Positions 62,799 through 64,000 of a DNA stretch of 64,000 nucleotides are shown here, in pieces (the first letter of the stretch is position 1; every line of letters starts with the position of its first letter). The position numbers were made by a program, and so were the translations under genes. The notes beneath the pieces are model-generated. The model ran no database searches and was not told where the DNA came from. It was given only the letters and a program-made list of their open reading frames with translations. The stretch is from an uncultured Celeribacter sp. (GTDB lineage Bacteria; Pseudomonadota; Alphaproteobacteria; Rhodobacterales; Rhodobacteraceae), in the NCBI GenBank assembly GCA_963675965.1, contig OY780935.1, positions 1,602,059-1,666,058 on the forward strand. Reading direction: 5' to 3'.

Positions 62799-63593
62799 AT
62801 GACACATCTCATCGACATCAAGGGCGTGACCCACGCCTATAAGACCGACAACGGTCCGCTGCCCGTTCTCGACAATCTCAACATTTCCGTACCCGAAGGC
62901 GATTTCTGCGCCGTCGTCGGCCCTTCTGGCTGTGGCAAATCCACCCTGACGCGTCTGATCGCCGGGCTGATGAAACCCGACGAGGGCGAAGTCTGGCTGC
63001 ATGGCGAGAAAGTGACCAGCCCGCGCTCCACCGTTGGCATGGCATTTCAGAACCCGGTCATGCTGGAATGGCGCAGCATCCTGCAAAATGTGCTTTTGCC
63101 GCTGGAAATCGTGCCCAACAAAATGACCAAATCCCAGAAAGAAGACCGCGGTCGCGAACTTCTGGCGCTGGTCGGCCTTGAAGGGTTTGAGGACAAACGC
63201 CCCTCCGAACTGTCCGGCGGCATGCGCCAGCGTGCGTCGCTGTGCCGGGCCATCGTGCACAAGCCCGACGTGCTGATCATGGATGAACCTTTCGGTGCGC
63301 TAGACGCGTTCACCCGCGAAGACCTATGGCAGATCATGCACCGGCTGCGGACCGAAGAGCCCTTTACCGGCGTGCTGATCACCCATGACCTACGCGAAAG
63401 CGTCTATCTGGCGGATGAGGTCATCGTGCTGTCAGGACGCCCCGCAACCACCCAGCATGTCGAAAATGTCAAACTGGGCGGACGCACCGATCTGGAAGTG
63501 ATCTACACGCCGGAAGCCACCGACATCCTGCACCGCCTGCGCCATCAGATCGAAATCGCGCAGGGCCGCAGCACCGCAGGGGAGGCCGCATGA
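62799..63593 (+). CDS. ABC transporter ATP-binding protein (NitT/TauT family)
   Basis: [23 protein letters not shown] and VLIMDEPFGALD. Confidence 0.9.
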   Translation: MTHLIDIKGVTHAYKTDNGPLPVLDNLNISVPEGDFCAVVGPSGCGKSTLTRLIAGLMKPDEGEVWLHGEKVTSPRSTVGMAFQNPVMLEWRSILQNVLLPLEIVPNKMTKSQKEDRGRELLALVGLEGFEDKRPSELSGGMRQRASLCRAIVHKPDVLIMDEPFGALDAFTREDLWQIMHRLRTEEPFTGVLITHDLRESVYLADEVIVLSGRPATTQHVENVKLGGRTDLEVIYTPEATDILHRLRHQIEIAQGRSTAGEAA

Positions 63594-64000
63594 TGAAACA
63601 CTGGAAAAAGATCGTCACCCCGACCATCGCCATTCTGGTCTTTCTGGGCCTGTGGGAATTCATCGTCTGGGTCAACGACTGGCCAAACTACAAGATGGCC
63701 TCGCCTTCTGACCTGATCCCCGCCTACCAAAAATACTGGAACCTGTTCCTGATTTACGGTTGGCAGACACTCTGGCGTACCGTGGCAGGTCTGCTGCTGG
63801 CGGTGATTGTCGGCACGCTGATCGGGATGGTGATGGGATTTTCGCGGACGATGCGCGATGCGCTTTATCCGCTGCTGGTCGGGTTCAACGCCATTCCCAA
63901 GGCCACCGTGGTGCCGGTGCTGGCACTGATTCTGATTGGCCAGCACGATCTGAACACCGTGCTGATCGCTTTCATGATCTCTTTCTTCCCGATTTCCGTC
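63590..64000 (+). CDS. ABC transporter permease (NitT/TauT family), N-terminal part; continues beyond the window end
   Basis: ATGA overlap with the ATPase stop. My translation is MMKHWKKIVTPTIAILVFLGLWEFIVW...TLWRTVAGLLLAVIVGTLIG..., which is hydrophobic and SsuC/TauC-like. Confidence 0.85.
   Translation, partial: MMKHWKKIVTPTIAILVFLGLWEFIVWVNDWPNYKMASPSDLIPAYQKYWNLFLIYGWQTLWRTVAGLLLAVIVGTLIGMVMGFSRTMRDALYPLLVGFNAIPKATVVPVLALILIGQHDLNTVLIAFMISFFPISV

Overview
The window is a GC-rich, densely coding chromosomal segment. Gene content and synteny look alphaproteobacterial, Rhodobacterales/Roseobacter-like: the ccoNOQP-ccoGHIS, usp, fnrL, hemN order matches the classical Rhodobacter locus. I support about 60 CDS. 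In order they are:
- the tail of a glycerol locus (glpD plus two ABC ATPases)
- a NusG/RfaH-like paralog divergent from rmlCBDA
- the class Ib ribonucleotide reductase operon nrdHIEF, preceded by a cobalamin riboswitch and two NrdR-type boxes
- a marR-FUSC efflux pair
- a LacI-controlled sugar ABC importer operon carrying a GH63-type (glucosylglycerate/mannosylglycerate hydrolase-like) enzyme and two unusually enlarged permeases
- a MaoC-Pta fusion gene with ackA
- ybbA/ybbP-like ABC genes with a divergent tesA-like gene
- the full cbb3 oxidase structural and assembly cluster, including ccoQ and ccoS, which are too short for the ORF track
- an FNR-box regulon (4 boxes) with fnrL
- heme genes hemN, hemC, hemE and hemF
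- housekeeping genes (SDR, RsmC-like methyltransferase, clpS, HAD)
- a DD-carboxypeptidase-SPOR fusion
- yejABEF
- a guanidine-II (mini-ykkC) riboswitch in front of sugE
- a membrane-anchored cytochrome c, pheA, an SRPBCC protein, nudC and a cpdB-like nucleotidase
- the start of an NMT1/THI5-type ABC importer

I saw no rRNA, tRNA, CRISPR, transposase, integrase or phage genes, and no recognisable defence system, so this looks like ordinary core genome rather than an accessory island. I did not find a convincing, wholly new multi-gene system. The most unusual items are:
- the atypical architecture of the GH63-linked ABC importer, with a beta-sandwich-like insertion in one permease and an extra N-terminal membrane domain in the other
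- an AT-rich promoter/14-bp perfect inverted repeat plus a start-site-sequestering helix in front of the last ABC operon
- the stacked RNA and DNA regulatory elements (B12 riboswitch with NrdR boxes, the guanidine-II riboswitch, and the shared FNR box with a possibly leaderless hemN)

All functional calls come from reading motifs in the translated ORFs by eye. No database search was run.
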